Positions 12,861 to 24,597 of a stretch of 64,000 bases of DNA are shown here, in pieces (within the stretch, counting starts at the first letter, position 1; the number at the start of each line of letters is the position of its first letter). The translations under genes and the position numbers were made by a program. Source of the DNA: Callorhinchus milii (lineage: Eukaryota); contig NW_024704743.1 of NCBI RefSeq assembly GCF_018977255.1, positions 76,510,001-76,574,000 of the forward strand, in the 5' to 3' direction. The notes below the pieces were generated by a model, which was not told the origin of the DNA, did not search any database, and saw nothing but the letters and a program-made list of their open reading frames with translations.

Positions 12861-13824
12861 CTGTGGTACTTGTGGTGGAAAGTTGGCTTTGGGCAGATGC
12901 ATAATTTTTAACTTTACACACACCTGCAGAATGTTTTTATTTTTGCTTTGAAGGCCTTTTCGTACACAGTTTCCAAAGCGCTAACCTCAATTGGCCACTC
13001 TTTTACCCAAAGAAGGCATATTATAATATTGTGGCTTCCCAAGACACTGGGCAACGCAGCACTGCATTGGGACCTTCAGAAAATCAAGTTGGCTGACACA
13101 AAGTGTCCAGGAAAGATCTTCTGACTATGCTGAAGGCAGATGTTCGTTAGGTAGCTTATGAGGAAACTGAAGCTTAGGACGACAGCTGCTGGAAGATGTT
13201 ATCTGGAGTCTAGATTTGTGAACACACATTTATATATCCAGGATTTGGAAACCACATTGATTGGTATGCAAAGAGTAGCTGAGTAGCTGCTGTTCAAGCT
13301 CCAGCTGGTGGAATCATCATTTAATGGGGAGGGACATGTATCTGAAATGTGGCAGGAAGATAGTGGCAATGCTCTTATGGATTCAATTTCACCCACAAGT
13401 ATACAGTCAATTCACTTTACAGTATATTCTGTGAAGCGCTTTGAGACATCTAGAAAACGTGGAAAGCGCTACATCAAATGCAAGGATTATTATTTATAGA
13501 GCACCTTTCACGAGGGATAGTGTCTCAGATCAATCATCACCACCGATTGAGAGAAATTACCTGGGAAGGACTTTAAGACATTTGTCTTAAGGCGCTAAGT
13601 TAAATACAACAAATATTATTGCTCTCTGAGAAATGCATATCACAGTCCAATAGATACAACAACTTAAATTTATATAGCGCCCTTCATGTGAGGTAGTGTA
13701 CCAAAGCACTTTTAACATTCTGTCCACAACATACACAGTATATCTTGTGAAGTGCTTTGAGATGTCTCCACAACATGATACGGTGGTATATGAAATGCAA
13801 GGATGATTATTATTATTAATAATG

Positions 13825-14252
13825 TGAAGCCCTGTAGCTCAGTGGTTGGAACACTCGCCTTGCAAGCGAGAGACCTGGGTTCGATTCCCGGCAGGGTGAA
13901 ATGTTGGGCAAGTTTCCGTACTCCACACACCTCTGTATCCTTACAACAACTTGCACTTACACAGTGCCCTCCATGCAGGGTAGTCTCAGAGCGTGTAACA
14001 GGGGTGAAGCTGGACCCGACTTACTTAGCAGTAAGTAGGAACTCGACTATTAGTGCATTGGTGGATTGTTTTTCCGGCTGTAATCATTCTTTTTTAAAAA
14101 AATTGGTCATTTAATCCACGACTGCCGTGCGCAATTGGCTGCCGCGTTTCGCCCACAAAATATAGTCAATTCCCCTACAGTATATTCTGTGAAGCGCTTT
14201 GAGACGTCTGGAAGACGTGATAAGGCGCTATATCAAATGCAAAGATAATTAT
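13825..14252 (+). mobile_element. tRNA-derived SINE between the two promoters, with small reverse L2 insert
   Basis: TAGCTCAGTGG A-box, GGTTCGATTCC B-box, family core, tail GCGCTATATCAAATGCAA. Confidence 0.88.
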
Positions 14253-14259
14253 CATTTTC

Positions 14260-14620
14260 CCAGCAGCGATACCCAGACAGCAAAATAGAAACTACAACTC
14301 CCGTGGAGCTTTGCGGCGGAGGGGTGTGCGAGACACTTCCGGTCCTGCCTGGTGGGAGCTGCCGGGTTTCCGGGCTGGCGCGGGCGCTATGACAACGGAG
14401 GAGGCCAGGAATCAGAGCTGCAAACAGCGGCGGCACCGGGGACAGTGAGAGCCGCCAACACCGGCACCAGTGGGTGAGAGACAGAGCAGCAAACACTGGC
14501 ACTCACTTCATCTGTTCAATCACAGCCGCGGGCTCGGGTTGTCGCTCTTCATTGGCAGTAACCGCCGGGCGGGGCAAGTATCCATGTGCGGGCTTCTCCC
14601 CCACCCCCCACCCCGGGCTG
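14260..14620 (+). promoter_or_regulatory. Probable BBS9 CpG-island promoter and non-coding exon 1
   Basis: CpG-rich block upstream of the first BBS9 coding exon; ZNF143/SBS-type ACTACAACTCCCG 14291-14303, ETS-like CTTCCGG ~14336, X-box-like GGCGCTATGACAAC 14383-14396, candidate donor GG|GTGAGA at 14474; exon limits not determined. Confidence 0.65.
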
Positions 14621-14629
14621 GTGGCTATG

Positions 14630-14942
14630 TCCCTGCCCCGCCCAGCCTTGCCCTGCCCTACCCTGCCCAGCCCTGCCCCGCCAACCTTGCCCAGCCTTGC
14701 CCAGCCCCGCCAACCTTGCCCTGTCCCGCTCAGCCCCGCCCAGCCTTGCCTTGCCCTGTCCCGCTCAGCCCCGCCCAGCCTTGCCTTGCCCTGCCCCGCT
14801 CAGCCCCGCCCAGCCTTGCCCTGCCCTACCCTGCCCCGCTCAGCCCAGTCCTACCCTGCCCAGCCTTGCCCAGCCCAGCCTTGCCCTGCTCAGCCCTACC
14901 CTGCCCCGCCTTGCCCTGCCCAGCCCTGCCCCGCCCCGCCCC
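14630..14942. repeat. C-rich pentamer-based low-complexity tandem repeat (CCCTG/CCCAG/CCTTG/CCCCG/CCCTA)
   Basis: Directly visible array; explains the Pro/Cys/Ala-rich ORFs at 14470-15014. Confidence 0.9.
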
Positions 14943-15343
14943 GGGGGAAGAGGAGATGTTGAGCACCTGGTGATTGCTTTTCCTGCTCTTTCATTCCCCC
15001 CCGACAGAGCCTGAGCTGTTTGCGTTTGACTTGATTGCCTGTCACTGGGGTTTGCGGCTGTGGGAGGGGGTTGCAGCCCCTTTACGGATTTTGAAGGTGA
15101 GTGAAGATGGAGTTTGATGTGTTTGGGCTTTGATGGTAGTTATTGATGTATATACAGTAATATACCGACACACACACATGTGCGTTAAGTGGGATGAGTT
15201 GCTTGTGGAAATACGAGCTCCCATTAACCATAAACTCACATTAAGCATAAATATGTCTGAGCTGATGTTTGTGATGTGAGGGGAATGATTTAAACTCCTT
15301 CCCCACAAAGGTCCTGATTTCTCAAGAAGTTAGCAATTTCTCG

Positions 15344-15358
15344 GTTGCTATTAGTAAC
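15344..15358. promoter_or_regulatory. RFX X-box-like motif in presumed BBS9 intron 1
   Basis: GTTGCT-ATT-AGTAAC fits GTHNYY-N(0-3)-RRNAAC; BBS genes are typical RFX targets. Confidence 0.5.
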
Positions 15359-16063
15359 TGCCGGGCGACAGATCCGACCCTGTGCTTTTTGGGTTCATTG
15401 ACTGTTTTGTAGCGGAATGCATTGAGTGAACTTTCTCCATATGAACAAAACAAAAATGTGGAGTGAATAATTTTAACGTATCATGTTGGATGGCAAGTAC
15501 TATAGTTGGAAAAGCCGATTAGTGTCCTCCACAAATCCCGGAGCACATATGTCGCAGTTATTCAGAGGGATTATGGCACAAGATTGATTGTACTGCTAAA
15601 AATGTTACACAATATTAAGCATTATTGCTCAAATAGTTGACTTCGACACCTCCCCCCTTTCATGGTATCTTGTTTGAGGGCATGATAATATCTATTTGTA
15701 TGTCGACTATATTTGCATTAAACAAAATGGAATTGTTAAATACTGTAATTTAATTTGACTAAACGTTGTTTTTGTTGTATCAGTTGGCAGCACTCTGAGG
15801 TGCTGGGGGAGCACTGTATTGCACTGACATGTCATTTGCCTGTTCAGGTGGATGTTAAGATTCCCATGGTACTATTTGTTTTCCTGGTCTCCTGGCTAAT
15901 AATCCCTCAGATTAAAAAAAAGGTCGCAATTTGTGCACAAACAAATTGCCTGCGGCATTAGCCTATAAATGCATGTCAAATCCCTTCACAGTAAATTCAG
16001 TGAAGTATTTAACATGTTGTAACAACCCCCATAAAGCACTATATTAAATGCAAGGAATATTAT

Positions 16064-17340
16064 ACAACAACAAAATTACATTTGTATAGCGCCTTTCACG
16101 TTGAGAGGATGGCCAAGGCGCTGGACAATCAGTGTTTCGGATCCGAGCTGGGGGTCAGGATCGGAGCGGGTGGAGGGCAGGGCGGGGGGGTAGGGAGGAG
16201 GGTGATCGAAGGCATGGTCGAAGAGGAGGGTCTTGAGTCGGGTCTTGAAGGACGCAACGGTGGGGGGGCGAGATGGAGAGACTGCGGGATGGAGTTCCAG
16301 AGGGTAGGTACAGAGAGGGTGAAGGCCCGGCTGCCAATGGTGGGGCGGGTGAGGCGAGGGATGTGAAGCAGGCCAGAGCCCGCTGAGCGGAGGGAGCGTG
16401 CAGGTTGGTAGGGGGTTAGGAGTTTCCAGAGGTAGGTGGGAGCAAGCCCATAGAGGGCTTTGAAGGTGAGGACCAAGATCTTGAAATGTATCCTTTGTGT
16501 AATGGGAAGCCAGTGAAATTGGGCGAGGATGGGGGTGTTAGGGTCATGGAGCTTGGTGCGGGAGAGGACACGGGCTGCAGAGTTTTGGATGATGTGCAGC
16601 CTATGGAGGGAGGAGTTGGGGAGGCTGAGAAGCAGGGAGTTTGCATAGATAATAATAATAATAATCATTGCATTTGATATAGCGCTTTTCACATCTTCTA
16701 GACGTCTCAAAGCGCTTCACAGAATATACTGTAAAGTGAGTTGACTGTATATTTGTGGGCGAACGCGGCAGCCAATTGCACACAGCAATGTCCCACAAAC
16801 AGTCGTAGATTGAAAATGACCAATTTATTATTGGTTTTTTTTGTTTTGGAGGTATTATTATTAGGCGTGTGGAGTAAGGAAACTTGCCCAAGGTTTCGCC
16901 CTGCCTGGAATTGAACTCAGATAGTATGAGGGTTTCGGCGGCCTGCGGTGTGAGACAGTGGCAGAGCCGGGCAATGTTGTGGGGAAGGCAGGGTAGGTCA
17001 TGGCACAGATGTGGGGTAGAAAGGATTGTTGAGGGTCAAACAAGACTCCAAGGTTCTGGACTGGCTTAGCCAGGTTGAGTGTGCAACCATGGATGGTGAT
17101 GTTGTCAGCGCCTGAGGTGTCGAGCCACTGACAGGAGCCAATCAGGAGAACCTCGGTCTTGTTGACATTCAACTGGAGGAAGTTAACTCTCATCCAGTAC
17201 TGATATCTGACACATATTCTGTCAGGACAGCAGTGGTCCTGGAGTCAAGCACGGAGGCAGAGAGATAGAGTTGGGTATCATCTGCGTACATGTGGAAGTG
17301 ACCCCGTGTCTGCGGATGATTTCACCAAGAGTGAGCATAT
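16064..17340 (-). mobile_element. L2 LINE 3' portion including RT C-terminus, interrupted by a SINE
   Basis: HMYADDTQLY motif near 17270-17295, NFLQLNVNKTEVLLIG, LAQFHWLPITQRIHFKILVLTFKALYGLAPTYL, family A tail. Confidence 0.9.
16649..16920 (-). mobile_element. 5'-truncated SINE nested in an L2 LINE
   Basis: Reverse complement of family core and (TTA)n tail; L2 ORF2 sequence continues on both sides. Confidence 0.88.
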
Positions 17341-18113
17341 TTGATTGAAGGAGCAATACTGTATAAATAACACTAGAAAAAGGGAATATTGTTGAAAACT
17401 GAAGTGAGAGTGGCATTGATTTATAAACATCTTTCTGAACTCTTGGTTGTTTTCCAAACATTTTGAAATTCATCATGCCACTTTTCAAAACAGTTTACCT
17501 TTCACATGCACTTCTTCACCACTTATCACAAAAGTAAGTCATGAGTTCACCTAAAGAGGTAATTAAACATATCCAATGATTTTTGCCTCAGAGAAAAAGA
17601 TACATTTTGCATTGATATATCATAAAATATTGGATCTTGAATACTTATCCTAGAAAAGCTGCATTCCTATTACAGCTATTGGGATGAATCCTTTTTTGGT
17701 GGGCTGATTGTCAACAATACTAACTATATTTTGAAAGCAGAAACCTTAATCTGTTATAGAAATTTCTCACTCAGTATGATCACTTATTTATTTTATGGGC
17801 ATTATTGCTTGGTGGCTGTTTCATTGCAGATTTCAGTGCATTTCCTCCCAGTCGAATAAGAGCCAGAAGGCTGATAAATTCACTTACTTCTAGAATTATA
17901 ATGAACTGCGAGCCCCCAATTCCAGCAATAAACAACATGAAATATTCTGTTATGATTGGATAGCACTGTAAATAAGTTATTAGCATTATGTAGGTATTGT
18001 TATCTAGAAACTGGATTTATTCATAGATTATAGGCTTTTTCATTTGTTAATGTCTTCTCAGTCAATATGGCTACCTGGATTCAGTAACCTCATTCATCAT
18101 ATGTACCAAATTC

Positions 18114-18432
18114 TATTATAATAATCCTTGTATTTGATATAGCGCTTTTCACGTCAGGAGGATGTCCCAAAGCGCTTCACAGAACACACTGTAAAGCGAA
18201 TTGACTGTATATTTGTGGGCGAACGCGGCAGCCAATTGCGCACAGCAATGTCCCACAAACAGTTGCAGATTGAAAATGACCAATTTATTATTGTTTTTGG
18301 TTTTGGAGGGATTATTATTAGACTCTGTGTGGAGTAAGGAAACTTGCCCAAGGTTTCGCCCTCTGCCTGGAATTGAACCCAGGTCTCTTGCTTGCAAAGC
18401 GAGTGCTCTAACCACTGTGCCACAGGACTCCA
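18114..18432 (-). mobile_element. tRNA-derived SINE, full length (short form)
   Basis: Near-identical to copies at 18974, 41829, 49565, 51936. Confidence 0.92.
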
Positions 18433-18973
18433 CAATCCATCAATAGGCAGTTATGGTGCCTAATAATAATCCTTGCATTTGATATAGCGTCTTTTCACGT
18501 CTTCGAGACATTTCAAAGTGCTTCACAGAATATACTGTAAAGTGTATTTACTGTATATTTTGTATTGTTATCTTTTTATTTTCTCTGGAATAAACAATCT
18601 ACATAGTTCTTTGATAGACCCAGCTGTGTGCAAAATACTGCATTTGTCTACAAAATCTTTACCTGACAGTAATTACTGAAAAGTGTTTTATGATTTTTAA
18701 AAAATATGTTACAGAGCAAAAAATGCAGGTTTTCATCTGACTGATGTCATAAACTGATTCTCCCTTTCACACAGAGAGATGCTTCCTAAACAACCTGCTC
18801 CTGAACTAATGGCAATATGGAGATTAACCAGCCACAGAGGATTGCCCTGTGATTTTTGCAATTTATTCTCGTGCAGTTCTGTTAGCACAACAAAGCGTAG
18901 ATCTCACTATAATGGAATTCTCAGTGCACAGATTCTGTCTGTGGCAAAGTGCAGTATAATCTTGAGAGGAATT

Positions 18974-19304
18974 AATAATAATAATAATAATAATAATAAT
19001 CCTTGCATTTGATATAGCGCTTTCCACGTCGGGAGGACGTCCCAAAGTGCTTCACAGAACACACTGTAAAGTGAATTGACTGTATATTTGTGGGCGAACG
19101 CGGCAGCTAATTGCGCACAGCAATGTCCCACAAACAGTCGTAGATTGAAAATGACCAATTTATTATTGTTTTTGGTTTTGGAGGGATTATTATTAGGCTC
19201 TGTGTGGAGTAAGGAAACTTGCCCAAGGTTTCGCTCTGCCTGGAATTTAACTCGGGTCTCTCGCTTGCAAAGCGAGTGCTCTAACCACTGAGCTACAGGA
19301 CTCC
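18974..19304 (-). mobile_element. tRNA-derived SINE, full length (short form)
   Basis: Complete head, core and long (TTA)n tail. Confidence 0.92.
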
Positions 19305-20943
19305 ACTGTAGCACCGGAGAGCTGTTTGAGATTTATATATGTCATTAATCCTAAAGTTAATAACTGGATCATTATTATCTATTGTCATCTGATTTGTTGG
19401 GTAATTTCTAATGATAAATAGAATAATTACATTCCAGCTGTCTAATTTACTACTGTATTTAAAGCAATTATTTTGGCTTTTTATGCAAGAGATTATTCAC
19501 TGATTTTTTTAAATACTCTATTTAAGATTTTCAAATTCAGCTTAGATCGAGTTGATCTTCCTGGCTTTCTTTCTAAGAACTAATTAATTCACTGGACTTT
19601 GTCAAGCTTCACGCAGACCATATACTGTGTAGATGAAAATAGAAGTGGGGTCACTGTTTCACACAGTATATGTGGCCTGTTTTTTTAAATGTAGATTTTA
19701 TTCCAATATAGGTGAGATAACTATATGAAATGAATTTTTCTGTGATGGAGTAGTTGTGGACATTTTCTCACTGGCAGCCAGTGTTCAGTATAATTGTTGC
19801 AGATGGTTTGCAATACTGCCTTTAAGGTTAAAACTTCATGGAATGAGCAAATGCTTTTCAGCTATCAAGCCTTTGCCTTCAAAGATGAAGCACAATTTAT
19901 TCCACAGAATTAGATATTAGATTACGTCAAGGTAAAGCTTTTTGAGGGTAACTGAGTGAAATTCCCGTTGTATTTAATCCAATCATAAAATGTTTCATTC
20001 TGGACAAGGTTTATTTAACCAATAGATGATACATGGTACCAGTAACACAGAAACTATTGTAACATAGACAATTTGATAACTATGTTGATATTTTAACCTT
20101 TGATCTTATTGTAAATATTTATTGCTGAATAAAGCCTATCTGGAAAACACCTCAAGGTGCTATAGAAAATTCAAGGATTATTTTTTTTGAATTATTAACA
20201 TTATCCTGAGAGACATTTTTTGCATTCCCTCATTATTTCACTAATGTACAGATAATATACCGTATTGTGCATAACTAGGAAACAAAATCTATTTTTTAAA
20301 AATAAAATAAAGTAATGCATTACATTTAGAATGTGCAAATAGAAGTTTTGTATTCTGACTACAGTAACAAGCACTGATGAGGGTTTTACAGAAATGTTAA
20401 GTAACACTTGATGATGCATATCATTTTTGAAACAGCTTGGTACTGATCCGGCTAGGACCGCTTGTCTATACTTACCGAGTCTCATTGACGAGCCCGACAG
20501 GTTGATGTAGCGTCAACAGAGTATTGGATTAGAGTGAATCTGCTTGGCTTTGTGTGTTTGGAGGCAGTCCAGACAGATTCTGCTTTCCAATTTTCACTCG
20601 GACATTACAGTTTTTGCAAAAAAAACTCAGGTGATTTTGCTACAAATTAAGCCAAGCTGCCACCTGTAAACTAGAGTACCAGACCTTGAAAGGGTTGGAC
20701 CCACTGAAGTTGGAATCCAGTCCTTCCAATCCCAGGTCAACTAACTGGGCTACCAGCAATGTTATTGTTCATCTGTTTGTCTCATGGATTTGCAGTCTGT
20801 CTCATGTAAATGTAAATCTTCATTCTTATGTTTCAACTTTGTTGAACAGTTTTATAAATCACTAGTGTTAGCTACAATTGGGAGAATGTTCCCCAGCATG
20901 TAAGTTATTATGTTGTAATTTACTTTAATACTCTCATACATGG

Positions 20944-21095
20944 GTGGCGACTTGGCTCAGTTGGTAGCACTCTTGCCTCTGAGTCAGAGATTTTAGGTTT
21001 AAGGGAGTGCTGAGGGCATTTTGCATTATCAGAGGTGCTGTCCTTTAGAAGAGTCGTTAAATTAAGCTCATGTCTGCCTGTTCAGGTTGATATTA
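20944..21095 (+). mobile_element. Old Deu-domain-type SINE relic
   Basis: TGGCTCAGTTGGTAGCACTCTTGCCTCTGAGTCAGA head and GTCTGCCTGTTCAGGT core; related pieces at ~15780-15960, ~50005-50225 and reverse at ~5060-5450, ~7490-7700. Confidence 0.6.
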
Positions 21096-21400
21096 ACTAT
21101 AGCCTAAGATACTCTTCTGAGATTCAGGTTGTTCCAGAATAGTGGGATTTGGAAGGGCTCACTGCTGAATTTGGGTAGCTACAATGAAAAAAATGACTTC
21201 ATTCCAGAGCACTGACATCATTTATCTTGAATGAGCATAAATACTTGAACACTGAGCTCTTTCACAGAAAATATTCTTCAGTCACTAAGTATGATCAGGT
21301 ATTACTTATCAATAGTATTATTTATTCCTACTGATCAGGTATTATTTATTAATAGTTTCATGTTACTTTTTTCTGTTTATTGGTTGCAGATTGAAAAAGG

Positions 21401-21512
21401 ATGTCTTTGTTTAAAGCTCGAGACTGGTGGTCCACCACACTAGGAGAGCATGAGGAATTTGACCTGGGATGTTTGTGTGTTGCTGATGTGGACAATAGTG
21501 GAAGTGGAAATG
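21401..21512 (+). CDS. BBS9: Bardet-Biedl syndrome 9 (PTHB1), first coding exon
   Basis: MSLFKARDWWSTTLGEHEEFDLGCLCVADVDNSGSGN, the diagnostic PTHB1 N-terminus; acceptor TGCAG at 21389, GTAAGT donor; 112 coding nt. Confidence 0.96.
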
Positions 21513-23052
21513 GTAAGTGCAATTGGAGTACTTTCCATTCAAGTACAAGATCACGTTACTTCCTTTAATCTGAGCAAGTAATTCCATTTAAACACTTAAA
21601 AGAGCTTTATTACTTAATTTGACCACCAAATGGTGGTGGTGGTTGCAAATATTGTAAATTAACAGGCTGTCAAGTACAAATGTTTTTTTTCCAAAACACT
21701 TAGCAGGAGTCTGACTATCCCGATCCTGCCCTATATCTAACTACTAACCTGTGTGTGCGATGGTTAAGTAAACTTCAGCATCTGCTTATTCCTATCCATT
21801 TCTAAACAATTTTGTAGCATTTTTATATTATATTTTATGTGATATACTTTAGACTTGCTGCTGATTCATATATTCTCCATATACAGAATTTAGTCGGTAC
21901 AGAACCCCATATGTGTAAATGTAGCAGTAACCTGCTGAATCTCAATGCCCCAGAAAAGGAACAGTTTGAATAAGAGAGAATTTTTTTAATTGCACTGTGT
22001 ACTTTTGTTAATGACTCTTGATAGGACTGTGCTGTGTAATTTCACTTGGTGATGTACTTTCTGAATGGATACTGATTCAGTATTAACCAATTTGTCAGTG
22101 AACCCAAACTGAGACCTCTAGTGGTGGTTCAGAGGGCTCTGGGACTCTGCTTGAGGGGTGCAATATAAATACAAGATGCTGTTGTTAATCTGTATCAAAC
22201 TAGTTTCAATATAGAACAATAACCTTTGTGGACCAGACTGATTATTGCATTGTTATGTAAACTAGATCAGAAATTATAAATACAAACATGTCAGTTACAG
22301 CCAAATTTAGGAAGTGGAAATTTTTGAACTGTTTTGAAGCATTCATTTTACATTAAAGATATGTGCAAGTCATTGCTATTGCTGATGTATCATCCTGTCG
22401 TTACTGAAGCAATAGACAAAACCAAGCAGACACAGAAAAGTATGCAATACTTCAGGTTACCAATATCGTCGAGGGGTGGGGGATATTTTTCTCTTCCTTC
22501 GCATCCCTTCCCTCCCCATCCATAAAAGAAAGAATGTAAACTCAATGTGTTTAGAGCCCATGCAGCATATATTTGTTGATGACTGTGATATCAGTAGCTT
22601 ACATGATATTAAATTATATTAATGATATTAATTTATATGGTCCTTACATGGTTTCATTCTTTCCCAGTGTCTCCACTTAGTATCTACCAATGGATGCTCC
22701 TCTTGCCCCCGCACTGTAACTTGTGGAGTTCCTTAAGGCTCTATTCCCCTCACACCAGTCCTTGCTGGGTTCCACTGGCTTCCAATCACCAAATAGATGC
22801 ATTTTAAAATCCTCTTACTCGTTTTCAAATCCCTTCATGCTTTTGCACCTCCCTACCTATCCGACGTGCTTACACCCCCACTGCACCACCCGCTGCCTCC
22901 GCTCAGCTGGCTCCGGCCTTCTGTTCCTTAAGCCACTATGCCCCGAGACTCTGGAACTCTCTCCCTCAATCCCTCAGCTTTGCCCCTCCTCACCTTCAAA
23001 TCCTGCCTAAAGACCTTCATTTTTGATCGTGCTTACAGACACCTCATTGTAG

Positions 23053-23372
23053 TGGAGTCCTGTAGCTCAGTGGTTAGAGCACTTGCTTTGCAAGCGACAG
23101 ACCTGGGTTTGATTCCCGGCAGGGTGAGACCTTGGGCAAGTTTCCTTACTCCACACGCCTGATAATAATCCCTCAAGAAAAAAACCAATAATAAATTGGT
23201 CATTTCAATCCACGACGGTTTGTGGGACATTGCTGTGTGCAATTGGCTGCCGCGTTTTGCCCACAAATATACAGTCAATTCAATTTACATTACAGTCTAT
23301 TCTGTGAAGTGCTTTGAGACATCTGGAAGACGTGAAAAGCGCTATATCAAATGGAAGGATTATTATTATTAT
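23053..23372 (+). mobile_element. tRNA-derived SINE nested in an L2 3' end (~22700-23455)
   Basis: Full head/core/tail; L2 tail resumes after 23375 and ends in (GTT)n. Confidence 0.88.
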
Positions 23373-23479
23373 TGTTAGTCTCTGCCACTGTGAAGCATTC
23401 ATGGATGCTACCCAGCATGAATGGCTCTATATAAATACAAGTTGTTGTTGTTGTTTTTATTCTTGGTCCTCCTCTAACA

Positions 23480-24597
23480 TTTACAAGCTCTGAGATGATC
23501 TGCAAACATTAACTTCCATATATGTGCAGATGATACCCAGTTCTATTTCTGTGACTCTGCCCTCGATTCCAAGACCTCTGATGTCCTGATCGATTGCCTG
23601 TCGGACATTACGTCGTGGAAGAGAGCTAACATTCTCCAATTGAATGTTGACAAGACAGAGGCCCTCCTGATTGGCTCCTGTCAGTGTCTTTTCATCTCTG
23701 GTGCTGTTAGCATCACTGTACATGGATGGACACTGCACCATACCAGGGTATAAACTTTCTTGTTCAACTCTCAATTGTCCTTTAAACCTCACATCGATGC
23801 CTTGACGCATTCACCTTTTTCCCCATCTTTGTAACATTTCCTATCTCCGTTGCTTTCCCATCTCGTGCCTTCTGCCACCACCCACCTCTAGCCCCCTGCC
23901 CTCCACTCCTCCTGAACCTAACTCCCAGCTTGTGTCCAAAAACCCCTGACTGTCCAATAGCCTGAGATGTCTTTCTGACATGAAGGGCGCGATTACAAGT
24001 GTAATTTGTTGTTGTTGCTACCTCTCCCCTTGGGCAGCCATGACCCTTATCCATGCTTTTATCACCTCCAAGTTGGACTCTTTGCTTGCTGGTCTTCTCA
24101 ACTATTCCCTCCACAAGCTGTATACCATTTCAATATGTTGCTGCTCTTGTCCTCTCCTGCATCTGGCTCTGCAAACATATCAACTCCACCTCAGCCGACA
24201 CCTCACTATCTTCCCATCCCCAAAGGATCGACTCCAAGATTTTTGTCGTCACTTTTAAAGCTTTCCATGGTCTTGGCCCACCCTCCCTTTCTAACTTTCT
24301 AAAACCTTACCAACCTGCTGTTTCCCTCTGCTCTGCAGTAACGGCCTGCTTCATGACCCAACATTGGTAGTTAGTCTCTGGAACTCCATCCCTGAATCCC
24401 TTCGCCTTGCCTATTCCTTCGCCTCCTTCAAGGCCCATTTCAAGACCTTCCTCTTTGACTGCACTTTTTATTTATCTTTCAACCCACAATACACCCCCAC
24501 ACCGGTCTCCATCCCTGGACTTGTATCCAATCTGTTGATTGTCCAACCCTTGGGACATCCTTCTGACGTGACAGTTGCTATATAAATTTGTTGTTGA
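23480..24597 (+). mobile_element. Degraded, internally deleted L2 fragments (two family A tails, ~24015 and ~24595)
   Basis: ADDTQ-like RT motif ~23525, LQLNVDKTE-like segment, two (GTT)n tails. Confidence 0.78.

Noticed and set aside
12060..12921. Multiple overlapping ORFs of 80-196 aa
   Set aside because: GC-rich CpG-island artefacts; only 12572-12709 on the minus strand matches NT5C3A
13827..13900. tRNA-Ala(TGC)-like genes here and in other SINE heads
   Set aside because: Each continues into the same SINE core and L2-type tail, with no oligo-T terminator after the cloverleaf; these are SINE heads, not tRNA genes
14470..15014. Pro/Cys/Ala-rich ORFs of 142-167 aa
   Set aside because: All frames are open only because the pentamer repeat lacks stop codons
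16129..17488. Reverse-transcriptase-like ORFs as an active element or novel RT system
   Set aside because: Frameshifted, 5'-truncated L2 fragment interrupted by a SINE; no complete ORF2
18755..18900. Candidate extra BBS9 5' UTR exon after a pyrimidine tract and CAG
   Set aside because: Donor is weak and there is no homology or expression evidence
18149..19314. Recurrent small ORFs (e.g. [33 protein letters not shown]) suggesting a peptide family
   Set aside because: Translations of dispersed SINE copies in both orientations
20371..20402. Second hammerhead-like string CTGATGAGGGTTTTACAGAAATGTT
   Set aside because: Stem II is weak and stem I cannot be formed convincingly
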